Assembly (NCBI GenBank): GCA_000004985.1
Contig: GG738918.1
DNA: 64,000 nt
Strand: one strand, 5' to 3'
Source: Naegleria gruberi
Lineage: Eukaryota
Part shown: piece after piece, positions 41,526-51,297 of the stretch
Layout of the letters: each line of letters starts with the position of its first letter
How positions within the stretch are numbered: position 1 is the first letter of the stretch
Made by a program: the position numbers and the translations under genes
The notes under the pieces: generated by a model
Database searches by the model: none
Seen by the model: only the letters and a program-made list of their open reading frames with translations
What the model was told of the DNA's origin: nothing

Positions 41526-41688
41526 TTTTTTTTAATAATTAATTTCAATATTTTATTTAAGGAAAGATTACAACAAGTATTATACGATATTATTTAGAGA
41601 TGATAATTATTCTGTAAGGAATATTTAGGGGAGTGTTTTCAATAGTGAATTTTTCTTTTTAGAGGCGGAAATTAAAGACTTGAAAAAT

Positions 41689-41698
41689 GGCGGGAAAA
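41689..41698. promoter_or_regulatory. E2F-like motif (GGCGGGAAAA, reverse complement TTTTCCCGCC) in the divergent promoter between 41525 and 41830
   Basis: Matches the TTTSSCGC E2F consensus. A related 'ggcggaaa' lies 25 nt upstream (41664..41671). This is a motif match only. Confidence 0.2.
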
Positions 41699-41829
41699 CT
41701 ATTAAGGATTAGTTTTTGTGCAAATTATCCAAAAATAAGAAATGATTGACAAATTACTTCGATATTTATCATGTGATCTATATCTTAGCTAGCTGTATCT
41801 CTCACAGGATATCATCTCTCGACCCGTCA

Positions 41830-43440
41830 ATGTCCATTAGTATCATTAGAAAAAAAAACGAATCTTATATCATGAACGAAACCTTTCTCTACAACAATAC
41901 AGCCTTCTCTTCATGTCCCAGTTGGTTTCCTTATCACCTCGTCGACCCATCCACTCTATCTAATAACAATACACTCGATATGGAATGTCCTGATACAATT
42001 CTCGTTCCAATAACAAGTGGAATTTTATATGGATCTTATTTAATATTATTTTTAATTTGTTTAATTTTTCTAATTTGGAAGAGGAAGGCATCTACTATCA
42101 AGGCCAGATCGCCCGTCATTTTATCTTTTGGATTAGTTGCAAATTTTACCTTAGTTTCCCTAGCATTAATTCGGTGCATTGTTGGAAAAACTGATTTTCC
42201 ATGTTTTTTATTTTCGATATTTTACTTTATTTTAGGACCGTGTTTTGTGGTGCCGTCAATTATTAGAGGAATTGAACTGATTATTCAATATAAGGTCAAT
42301 TTATTGAGAGCTAAGAGTATTTCTAGATGTAATCTTTCGAATAATTATTCGACACAGGTGCAGGATGTTAAGAGTGATGTTGTGAGTGAGAAGACTGAAA
42401 CTCAATCAGAATGTGGAACTTCATATAAGGAAACTAGATCAGTACGAGTATTGACAACTTTGAATAGAATACTGCAGAGTGCTATATTTCATTTGTGTTT
42501 TACTTTATTCTTGTTGATATTTCATTTGGGCATTTGGTTATGTTCTGGGTTGATTGAAGATGGTTTCTATTCGAAACACAGATTTTTCATGACTAATGCC
42601 AGTATTTTGAGTGTTGGAGGATGTTATTCATCTACTGGAAGTTCGATTGCCATGGCTGTGTTTGTTGGATTATATTTTATCATTGACTTGATAATTAATA
42701 TTATATGTTTGACAATTGACAATGACACATTCAACATCAAGATTGGAAATCTAGGCATGACAGTAGTAAGAATACTATGTGGTATATTTTACCTTGTATT
42801 TTCACAAGTTCCAGTTTTAAGATCTACTGGCAGAATCATTCCTTCTATTTATGTATTTATCCTAAACTGTATTGTTGAACTAATTGTCACAATTCTCATT
42901 CCATCCATTAAAGATTGTATAGATAAGATGAAATACCAATCAAAATACAACCAATCAGAAATTGAATGTGTTTTAAATGACCAAAAACTTTTCAATATTT
43001 TAATTGATTTTTCAAGAAGAAGTTACAGCCCTGAAAGTGTTTTATTTTACAAAGATATTCAACATTACAAACAATTGGTGGCAAAGCTTGAAATGATGGA
43101 AAATGGAGCTTTTCAACATGTTGAGTCAATTAAGAATTTACGTGTGAAAATTACACGTTTCGTTCAGAATATTGTTCATGTTTATTTATGTGAAGGAAGT
43201 GTTAATGAATTGAATATTCCTAATTTGAAAATGAAGAAATTGGAATTGACCAACAAGATTGCTGCATGTATAGAATTTGAATCTAATAGATTTACCAGGG
43301 ATTTATTCGATTCAATCTTGGTAGAATCAATGCTCACTCTGATGGAAGTGTATCATCGATTGAAACAACAAAACCCCACCATACGACAATTCTCCCTACA
43401 TTGGAAAAATGATCAAGACAAGCTCAACAATTCACTGTAA
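41830..43440 (+). CDS. Seven-transmembrane RGS protein (7TM-RGS, AtRGS1-like architecture), paralogue 1
   Basis: The track start is a TTG; the first ATG is at 41830. Cys-containing N-terminal ectodomain 'CPSWFPYHLVDPSTLSNNNTLDMECPDTILVP'. Seven hydrophobic helices. C-terminal RGS-like domain 'LFNILIDFSRRSYSPESVLFYKDIQHYKQL ... YLCEGSVNELNIPN'. Confidence 0.7.
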   Translation: MSISIIRKKNESYIMNETFLYNNTAFSSCPSWFPYHLVDPSTLSNNNTLDMECPDTILVPITSGILYGSYLILFLICLIFLIWKRKASTIKARSPVILSFGLVANFTLVSLALIRCIVGKTDFPCFLFSIFYFILGPCFVVPSIIRGIELIIQYKVNLLRAKSISRCNLSNNYSTQVQDVKSDVVSEKTETQSECGTSYKETRSVRVLTTLNRILQSAIFHLCFTLFLLIFHLGIWLCSGLIEDGFYSKHRFFMTNASILSVGGCYSSTGSSIAMAVFVGLYFIIDLIINIICLTIDNDTFNIKIGNLGMTVVRILCGIFYLVFSQVPVLRSTGRIIPSIYVFILNCIVELIVTILIPSIKDCIDKMKYQSKYNQSEIECVLNDQKLFNILIDFSRRSYSPESVLFYKDIQHYKQLVAKLEMMENGAFQHVESIKNLRVKITRFVQNIVHVYLCEGSVNELNIPNLKMKKLELTNKIAACIEFESNRFTRDLFDSILVESMLTLMEVYHRLKQQNPTIRQFSLHWKNDQDKLNNSL

Positions 43441-43591
43441 TTAAGCGTAACAGGATTCGAAGAGATTGGAAACAAAAAACCTTGTTAAAAAAAGTAAAAA
43501 AAACCCTTAAATACTAACCATTCTCTAAGGAGCAAATTGAAGTTGTAAAGGAAGAAGTTATATTTGACAACATTTTCCAATTTCTTGATCC

Positions 43592-43686
43592 GAATCTAAT
43601 TGAACCGTGCAAGAAATCTAGCCATGACCGACAGCGAATTTTATAAAAAGATACTGGTTGAGATTCAAGACGGTTCAATTAGATTC
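43592..43686. repeat. Perfect 17-bp inverted repeat (hairpin with a 61-nt loop) between two convergent genes
   Basis: 'gaatctaattgaaccgt' (43592..43608) and 'acggttcaattagattc' (43670..43686). It sits between the stop codons at 43440 (+) and 43827 (-). Confidence 0.8.
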
Positions 43687-43826
43687 AAGTCGTGCGATAG
43701 AAAAAGAAATTTTGGAATAGTTAAAGTTGAGGAAGAAGATGATTGTTCTCCACAACACAAAAAGACTAAATTGTGAGGGATATCAAGTTGAATGAAGATA
43801 TCTCATCCAAATAATAATTTAATAAT

Positions 43827-46800
43827 TTATTCTAAAAGTCTTCTTCTTCTATCGATATCATCATCCTCATCATCACTTGTAAAATTGCTAACATCATCCT
43901 CATCTTCCTCTTCATCCTCATCAGCTATTGCTGGTATTGACACTTCCTCAATATCTGCCAATAATTTAGCTTTAGTGAAAACTGTACCAATACCACGTCC
44001 AAAATATTCACAAACCAGAGAATAACCATCCAACTTCTTGGTATTAAGTTGCTTAAAGAAGGATTCGTGTTGTTCACTCGACTCTTCGAATTTTCTCTTT
44101 CTTTGGAGAATATCTCTGTGCTTATCAGAACAAACTCTACATTCACCTTCATTACCAACAAGGAGACATCTTTGATGGTATGAGTGATTACACATGAAAT
44201 GTACAGCAGGCAAGTCCAATTGAGCATTACAGAAAGTACAAGTGGTAGCTTGGAAAGTTTTGGCACTGGTTTGTAAATCGTAAATTTCCTTTCTCATTTG
44301 AGCAGTTTCAGTTTGGAATTCCTTGATCTTTTCTACATCTTCTCTTATCATTTCTTGTTCTTTTTGAATTTTAGAAATCAGATAGTCCTTTACAGAATAG
44401 AGTTTGGTCTTTTCATTCTTACCAAGAATTTGAACAACCAGTAATGGAGGTAAAATTTCATCCTTTTCAATCTTTTCTAATACAATAGCTAATTCTTCTT
44501 CAACATTATCATCCAATGTGGCAAAATATGTGAGAACTTGAACCCACAAATTTGGATCCTTGTCACCATATTGATTAACAGAGGCGATTACATTCTTGTA
44601 ATCACGTTGCTCCATATAATATTGGATAATATAATAGTGAAGACCCAAAGTATCATAAATCTTGAGTACACCTTCTTTAAAGTTTTGTGATTGGACAAGA
44701 ACAAGAACGTGCTCCTTATCATAGTTAGATTGTGGATGGTCGAGTGTATAAAGCAATCTATCTTTAAAGCTCAAATTGGCAATATCTGTGCTTGGTGGCT
44801 GAATTTCATATCTATCAGAAATGCCTTGAGTTTGCTCAAGTTCTGGTCTTTTCTTAGAATCAGTATCCAAATATTTAAGATAAAGTTCAATGAGCGTATT
44901 GTACACAACCTTGGAATGTGATGTATCTGGTCGAAGAGTTCTCCAAATAACATTTTCCAAAAATATCATTAACCAGTATTGATCCTTACTTGGGAAGCAA
45001 TGAATATATGACTCTGGTTTTGGTTTAGCATGTTCAATGTGTTGATTATTATACATATCTTCATATCCGGTAGTTTTAACAATTTGAGATTCAAGATTAG
45101 CAGATGATTGTTTCAAACCTAGAAGTACATTCAGAATACCCCCTTCTTTCTTCTTTTCTGCTTGGTTGCTTGAATCATTGGAGTTTGGTATAATTCTAAG
45201 CTTGTAATTATCAATGATTCTCTTTTGAGTTAACTTGATATCACTATCCAAAACTCTATTTGTTTCAGCAGGGTGAATTGGGAAATATTCTGTACACAAT
45301 CTTATGAGAGCGTTAGTAGTCTCTTTTGGTAAATGTGAAATGAGTGTTTTACCATAGGTTTTCAGATAACTTTCAGCTTCAGGTAAGGCAAGAGATTCAA
45401 TATATTTGAGCGCTCTTCTAAAGTTCTCTTTAGAATCAACCTTCTCGCCATTATCCTTGTCCAAATTATCTGTATCAAAGTCCTCCAAGTGAATCTTAAT
45501 GTACCAATCGTGTTGTTTGTGTTTCATGGCCAAAATGAGGGCATGTTCCTTGTAGCCGGCTTTTCTACAAACTCTAATAGCTGTCTCTACATCGTACATA
45601 AGCTTATCTTGCATACTGATAAACTTGTCGAGTTTTTCCTTTCTTTCATCCTTCAATTTGGTGTAACAGTTTAACAAGAGGGTTGTGTGATCAGAGGTGG
45701 CAAGACGTTTTTCGTGAAGGGTTTCAAGATATTCTGTAAGGTTACGAATTCTGTTTGCATCCAAGAATTTTCTGATAACATAGGATGGTTCCAATCTACC
45801 AATAGTTCTACAAAATTGTTTCATAGCTCCATCATAATCTTTCTTTGAATACAAGTGATCACCATATTGTTTTGAAATTTCAAACAAGTAATTACTGTCA
45901 AGTTGTTCACTATCAACTAAACTGATGGCAATCGAATAAAAGTTCTTTTGTAAAAGCAATTCCAACTTGGATTGGGTATCTTTTTCTTCCAAAAGGAACA
46001 TTTGTTGTTCAGATTTGTTTTCATCAATATTCGACAATAAAAAGACATTACCCCATTCTTGAAGAATATGTGTAATGTGTAATTTGTCACTCGAATATCT
46101 AAAGGCAATATACTTGTTTTTCAAATCATAAATAGTAATAACTTGTTGAGATTTGCTACTGGTTGTGTTAATATCTGAACTAATAACAATTAAATAATTT
46201 CTGAACCAATGTGACAAGATCTTTTTACCTTCAAAAGCAAAACAAGATCCTTTTCCTTCAGGTTTAAAGAACCAAACAGCAGATTTAGAAGAAACCACAA
46301 AATCTCCATCATTACTCAAAGTACTACATCCAACTTCACATCCAATAGTGTCATCTAAAATTACTTTTGATTGTTCAAGTGCTCTTTGTGATGTACTGCT
46401 ATTAGTATTAATAGAATATTTAAAAACTTGAGTAAGTGAACAACAGAATAAAGTATAATCATTAGGTGAATTACCATATCTCTTAAATCCTAATCCTGTT
46501 ATTCTCTCATTTGGAGCACCATCCAATAAAAACACTTTGTGTGATGACTTTCCTCCTTGTTTTGTAAAATCACCTTCAAATATAATAATTTTACCATTTC
46601 CTAAACCAAGTGCAATACAATTAAAATCTTGATTTGCTTCAAAACAACACACCGGATAAGGTTCCATATCTTTGATCTGACTAAATATCTTGATATCTCT
46701 TACTAATTGATATTGACCAAAACTTGTGTGACCTTCCTTTGTGTGTTCTTTATACTTGTCAAGAGAATAAATTTTCAATACATCCTGATAGGCTTCTCCA

Positions 46801-47051
46801 CCATCATCACCAACAACAACTAAACAATTAGATTTAGCAATATGTTTGATGTGATTAACTCTTGCTTCAAAGGCTTTACATTGACGTGTATTTAAATTTT
46901 TATCCATAACATGAAAAGTACCACGATTATCTCCGAATATAATATTACTTCTTCCGCTAGTACAACAAGTTACATTGGTCTGAGAGAAAAATTTTGATGA
47001 TTTCTCATCACTCACTGTATGCTTGTCAAAGAAGTTGAATTTCTTCCACAT
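43827..47051 (-). CDS. VPS11: VPS11, the HOPS/CORVET core subunit (beta-propeller, alpha-solenoid, C-terminal RING-H2)
   Basis: The start at 47051 ('caaaaaaaaATGtgg') gives 'MWKKFNFFDKH', compared with human 'WRRFVFFDKE'. C-terminus 'CTFCNAQLDLPAVHFMCNHSYHQRCL...ECRVCSDKH...VCEYFGRGIGTVF' matches VPS11 '[26 protein letters not shown]...DCPTC...IADYFGRGVFNK'. Acidic tail. Confidence 0.85.
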   Translation of the reverse strand: MWKKFNFFDKHTVSDEKSSKFFSQTNVTCCTSGRSNIIFGDNRGTFHVMDKNLNTRQCKAFEARVNHIKHIAKSNCLVVVGDDGGEAYQDVLKIYSLDKYKEHTKEGHTSFGQYQLVRDIKIFSQIKDMEPYPVCCFEANQDFNCIALGLGNGKIIIFEGDFTKQGGKSSHKVFLLDGAPNERITGLGFKRYGNSPNDYTLFCCSLTQVFKYSINTNSSTSQRALEQSKVILDDTIGCEVGCSTLSNDGDFVVSSKSAVWFFKPEGKGSCFAFEGKKILSHWFRNYLIVISSDINTTSSKSQQVITIYDLKNKYIAFRYSSDKLHITHILQEWGNVFLLSNIDENKSEQQMFLLEEKDTQSKLELLLQKNFYSIAISLVDSEQLDSNYLFEISKQYGDHLYSKKDYDGAMKQFCRTIGRLEPSYVIRKFLDANRIRNLTEYLETLHEKRLATSDHTTLLLNCYTKLKDERKEKLDKFISMQDKLMYDVETAIRVCRKAGYKEHALILAMKHKQHDWYIKIHLEDFDTDNLDKDNGEKVDSKENFRRALKYIESLALPEAESYLKTYGKTLISHLPKETTNALIRLCTEYFPIHPAETNRVLDSDIKLTQKRIIDNYKLRIIPNSNDSSNQAEKKKEGGILNVLLGLKQSSANLESQIVKTTGYEDMYNNQHIEHAKPKPESYIHCFPSKDQYWLMIFLENVIWRTLRPDTSHSKVVYNTLIELYLKYLDTDSKKRPELEQTQGISDRYEIQPPSTDIANLSFKDRLLYTLDHPQSNYDKEHVLVLVQSQNFKEGVLKIYDTLGLHYYIIQYYMEQRDYKNVIASVNQYGDKDPNLWVQVLTYFATLDDNVEEELAIVLEKIEKDEILPPLLVVQILGKNEKTKLYSVKDYLISKIQKEQEMIREDVEKIKEFQTETAQMRKEIYDLQTSAKTFQATTCTFCNAQLDLPAVHFMCNHSYHQRCLLVGNEGECRVCSDKHRDILQRKRKFEESSEQHESFFKQLNTKKLDGYSLVCEYFGRGIGTVFTKAKLLADIEEVSIPAIADEDEEEDEDDVSNFTSDDEDDDIDRRRRLLE

Positions 47052-47205
47052 TTTTTTTTGATGAAAAGATTTTTTAGTTTTTAAAAATTGATGATCCCGA
47101 ATAGAATATGCAATTCTGTCGTTCATGAAACTGTGATGATTAGTAATGGATTAACAAAATGTTTAAAGTCAAGCTATTGAGAATGCAAAGATGACAGTGA
47201 AGGGT

Positions 47206-49741
47206 TTATTTTGCATCTATTTTTCGTTTGGATTTTCGAAGTAAATTGCTAACAATTTTACATGGAGTGATGAGCGATAATCTTTCACAAATGTCATACA
47301 TGGCTCTGTAATTGTTTTGAAACATGTAATCTTGAGCCAGTTCCAAATCTTTAGAAACTTTGATTTGTAAATCAGTTGCATCAGTTCTTGCACTTTCTAA
47401 ACTGTATATTCTTGTTGGTGTTTCTTTTCCCTTTAGTAAAATGTAATCAGCAAAATAGCAAACAAATTCATTCTTCACATGTTGATAGGTATTCTCACTG
47501 ATTAGAATATTGGAACCATAATATCTATTCAAAGATTGAAGCTTGGATCCAATATTAACATCATCTCCAATAGCTGTGAAATTCAATCGATTCTCACTTC
47601 CCATACTGCCATACATCATATTTCCACTGCTGACACTAACGTAAATTGAGAGATCAATATCAATTTGTCTTTCATTCCTCCACATTATATTTAATTCATC
47701 GATAATCTCCAAAGCTTCCATTGCAGCTTTGCAAGCTCTCACTTCATGCTCCTCAACTGGCATTGACGAATCATTCCAAACAGCTTGTAATCTATCTCCA
47801 TTTATCATATCAATTAATCCTCTATGATCTTCCATTGCCTTTGTTAAACTTCCAAAATAATCAGTCATCACAGATACAAATATTGATGTTTCAGTTAACT
47901 CTGCCAATTGAGTAAAATCCTTAATACTAGAAACAAGAATTGTCATATTTTGAAGTGTCAATCCAACATCTAAATAATGTTCGTCACTAATCACTTTTTT
48001 CATTATTGTAGGTGAAACAAATTTAGAAAATGCTGAAACTCCTCTCTTTAGAGAATTAATTCCATTCTCCATCTCTCCAATATCATAGAATATTTGACCA
48101 GCAGTTGTGATTTTGGTATTATCACTTTCGCTCGCAAGACTCTTATCACTCAATATCTTGGAGAGTTTCTTGTGAACATGATTTAAGGGTTGTGTGAAAA
48201 GTTGAACAATTACAAAAAGACACAACGTTCCAGCAACGAGAATAACAATGAATACCACTACAGATGTCATACCACTTGAGAGAATTTCTGCAAATATATC
48301 TGCATCTACTGATCCAATAACCAATGCCAAACTCAATCCATATGGATCAACTACTGGAGTTATCACAACATTCTTTCCACGATATTTCAAACTGATTGGT
48401 ACGTTAGAGGTAATGTTTTTCAGTAACTCCTTATCTTGTATATAATTAGCAATTTCAAAAATTTCACCATCTCCAGTATGGACAGTGAACTTGGTTGTGT
48501 TATATCTACTTGAGGCAATAACATTTCCATTCGTTTCCATGATGAAACTATAGCTAATGAAATTGTAAGATCTTGAAGTAGAATTCAGGAAGGAATTCAA
48601 TCCTTTCAGTGCAAACACCTCAGCAACAGCTCCAAATAAATGATCCTTATGTTTAAAATTCGTTATGCTTATATCAATAGAATCAATGCTCTTTCCTGTC
48701 TTACAAGCTTGTGTGATATTCTCTTTTACATAGATAGGATAAGCAATACTAATGGATGGCTCACCAATAGTTGAAATGTAAAGCTCAGTCCATCTCTGCC
48801 CAGTTGCTAATCCTTCCTTGAAAGGATAGTACCACGGTCTTAAATGTAAATCAAAGGCTACTCTCATTTAATATACTCAATTAGTATTGGGAATACTTAC
48901 TAAAAGGCTCAACAAACAAAAAGAGGTTGTCTTTGAGTGGATTCTCAAATGGATTTTCTGAAATATGGTAATAGTACATCGCAGTTCCTGTTCCATTTAT
49001 CAGTAGAACATATGGTGTAGAAATATCCAGTGTTCCAGCATAATTCCTCAAATAATTTCCGTATTGAATTGTTGTGAGTGGTGATTTGTGAATATAGACT
49101 GATCTGAGATATTTGAGAAAAATTGCCCACTCGGTAATATTTTTCAATGGAAATCCATTCTCTACTTCCATTTTTACCTGTTGGATTATCAGATTTGAAG
49201 TGTTGATGATTTTTCCAATTTCAAATGTTACATAACTTTGAGTTTGTTGAGCTTGAAATCTCGAAACTCGCAAAAGAACACTATTTCCAGACGTGTACAT
49301 TAGTATGAAAGAAGGAATCAATCCAATGAGTCCCTGAATAATGAAGAGAACCAACAGGACATGACTAATTCTCAATCCTCTCGAACAATTATACATTCTT
49401 GGTTTTTTGTTTTCTTGTGTTTCTGGCATGTGACGTAAATGTTCTTCCCCATGACGTGACTCCTCGAATGTGAAAACAGTATTTCTCCTTCCATAGATTG
49501 GATCTGGTTTGGTGGTTGGATGAATAATGGATGAGGTGGTACTGTTACCATGGGAAGGTCTTCTATGCAGAGGGGGTGGTGTGTTTCTTTCGACATGTAT
49601 TGTTCTCTCAAATGGATCTTCATCAACAATTTCGATGGGTGTAGATGTTTTCGACTCCTCAATTGTGATTTCCTCTTGAATTGATGATGAGGGAGGTACC
49701 TTCCTAGAAACCAAAAGATCCTCACTATTGTTTGGAATCAT
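47206..49741 (-). CDS. Receptor-type class III nucleotidyl cyclase homologue: 2 TM, a Cache/CHASE-like ectodomain, and a cytosolic cyclase-homology domain with substituted catalytic residues
   Basis: Exons 48901..49741 and 47206..48860 join in frame through a 40-nt GTAAGT...GAGAG intron (48861..48900; an alternative acceptor lies 3 nt downstream). TM1 'VLLVLFIIQGLIGLIPSFILMY', TM2 'VVVFIVILVAGTLCLFVIVQLF'. Cyclase domain: 'MTILVSSIKDFTQLAE', 'GLIDMINGDRLQAVWN', 'NFTAIGDDVNIGSKLQSL', 'LLKGKETPTRIYSL'. Confidence 0.75.
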
Positions 49742-49931
49742 TTTTTGTTAGTCGGTTAGTGGGATTAATAAACTTAATTGGATGCAAGCACCGGCTAGTT
49801 CAGTTTTGGTAAATTGCTAAAAAAGACTTAAATCCCTATCCAACTCTTAGAATGGCAAGTAGATGTTGTTTCAATATAAAAATTGATTGTTTTTAATGGT
49901 TGTTACTTGCTGATTGGAAAATCTTAATAAT

Positions 49932-51191
49932 TTAATAGAGTCCATGTGTAGTTAATAGATTTCTTAAACGAGAACACATTTTGAAAGCATTGGTGAGATG
50001 ATCCAAACCAGATGAGAAACTGGCAACAGTAATTTTTGAAATATACTCCTCACTAAAATATCCAATTTCATTATCTTCAGTGATAAAATGTCTATGTCGA
50101 GAGTCGCTACTTAAATTTGAGTTCTTTAGTTGTGTTACAGAGGATGTAGCAATAGAAGTATAACTCAAACCATAAACTCCTACATGAAGTTGAGCATTTG
50201 TAATTGAAAATTCAATTAATGTTTCCTTAGGTAAACGAGGATGGAATGATTGTTGAAGAAGTTCAATATTAGCTTTTTCGGATATTGAGCTTGATAGTCT
50301 ATATTCATCAGTCAAAAATCTCAATCCACCATATGTTGTCAATTGTTCTCTTCCTTGTTGCACCAATATCATTACACGTTCCAAAATTGTTAAAATAGTA
50401 GTGACATCTCGTTCAATTTTAGATGTTGTTTTCGATAAATATGTACTGTTCATAAGATCAACTTCATCATCTCCTTCCAACACAATATTTGAATTTTCAG
50501 AATATTTCTCAATGTCAATGTTTTTCATCTTATTTAAAGCATAATCAGCCATGTGGTGAGCCCTTTGAATTTGGCTTAAAGTATACGGATCATTTGGTCT
50601 GATTTCGGCTTCACATGATTGTTTCATTTTGTGAAGCTTAAAATTAATTTTACCTCCCAAGATACGATATCCGTCCACTAGTAAATATCCTTTTAAAATA
50701 GCGTGATTTTGGTCATTAATATGTAATTGTATACGTTCGGCATTGTTTTTTGCTCTAAAACTATTAGTAGCATTAAATTTAGTTGGGGTAGCGGGTATTC
50801 CTGGTGTTGAAGGTGTTTGAGGTTCGTCTTTTGGATTATCTTGTTGTTGATCCGATGATGAGGCTATTGTACTTGTTGGTTGTTGATTATTATTATTGGA
50901 ATTATTATTACTATTATTTTCCATAGATTGAAGGTGTTTAACTTCACCTCCTAAAAGACCAACAGCTTGTTGAATTTCATTGATAATTTTACTCCATTGT
51001 TGTGGAACAATATCGTAGAGAAGGTGTCGAAGCTCCTTCATCATTGTTTCTTGTTCTAAAGAAGCGATCTCCTCCTCTTTCATGTTCTTTACATCTTTCA
51101 ACATACTATTCGATGTTGTTGAAGATGTGTTGATATTACTCGTGTTGATACTAATATTGTTGCTTCCCGTCGATGGCGATGATGACCACAT
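49932..51191 (-). CDS. ROGDI/Rav2-like protein (putative RAVE/rabconnectin complex subunit)
   Basis: 419-codon ORF. 'EEIASLEQETMMKELRHLLYDIV' compares with human ROGDI 'ERAVLEEEFRWLLHDEV'. 'ILKGYLLVDGYRILGGKINFKLHKM...YTLSQIQRAHHMADYAL' compares with '[21 protein letters not shown]...WKLQQIQDARNHVSQAI'. Alignment is from memory. Confidence 0.5.
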   Translation of the reverse strand: MWSSSPSTGSNNISINTSNINTSSTTSNSMLKDVKNMKEEEIASLEQETMMKELRHLLYDIVPQQWSKIINEIQQAVGLLGGEVKHLQSMENNSNNNSNNNNQQPTSTIASSSDQQQDNPKDEPQTPSTPGIPATPTKFNATNSFRAKNNAERIQLHINDQNHAILKGYLLVDGYRILGGKINFKLHKMKQSCEAEIRPNDPYTLSQIQRAHHMADYALNKMKNIDIEKYSENSNIVLEGDDEVDLMNSTYLSKTTSKIERDVTTILTILERVMILVQQGREQLTTYGGLRFLTDEYRLSSSISEKANIELLQQSFHPRLPKETLIEFSITNAQLHVGVYGLSYTSIATSSVTQLKNSNLSSDSRHRHFITEDNEIGYFSEEYISKITVASFSSGLDHLTNAFKMCSRLRNLLTTHGLY

Positions 51192-51297
51192 CTTGGGTAT
51201 TTTTATTTTAATTTAAAATTAAAATTTCCAAGTCCGAATTTGGTTCTGATGATAGACAACCAACACAACAGCAAGATTTTAAAATTCTATTAGATAT

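Noticed and set aside
43792-44025. 77-codon plus-strand ORF with poly-Ser.
   Set aside because: It is the antisense reading of the acidic (GAA/GAT-rich) C-terminal tail of VPS11.
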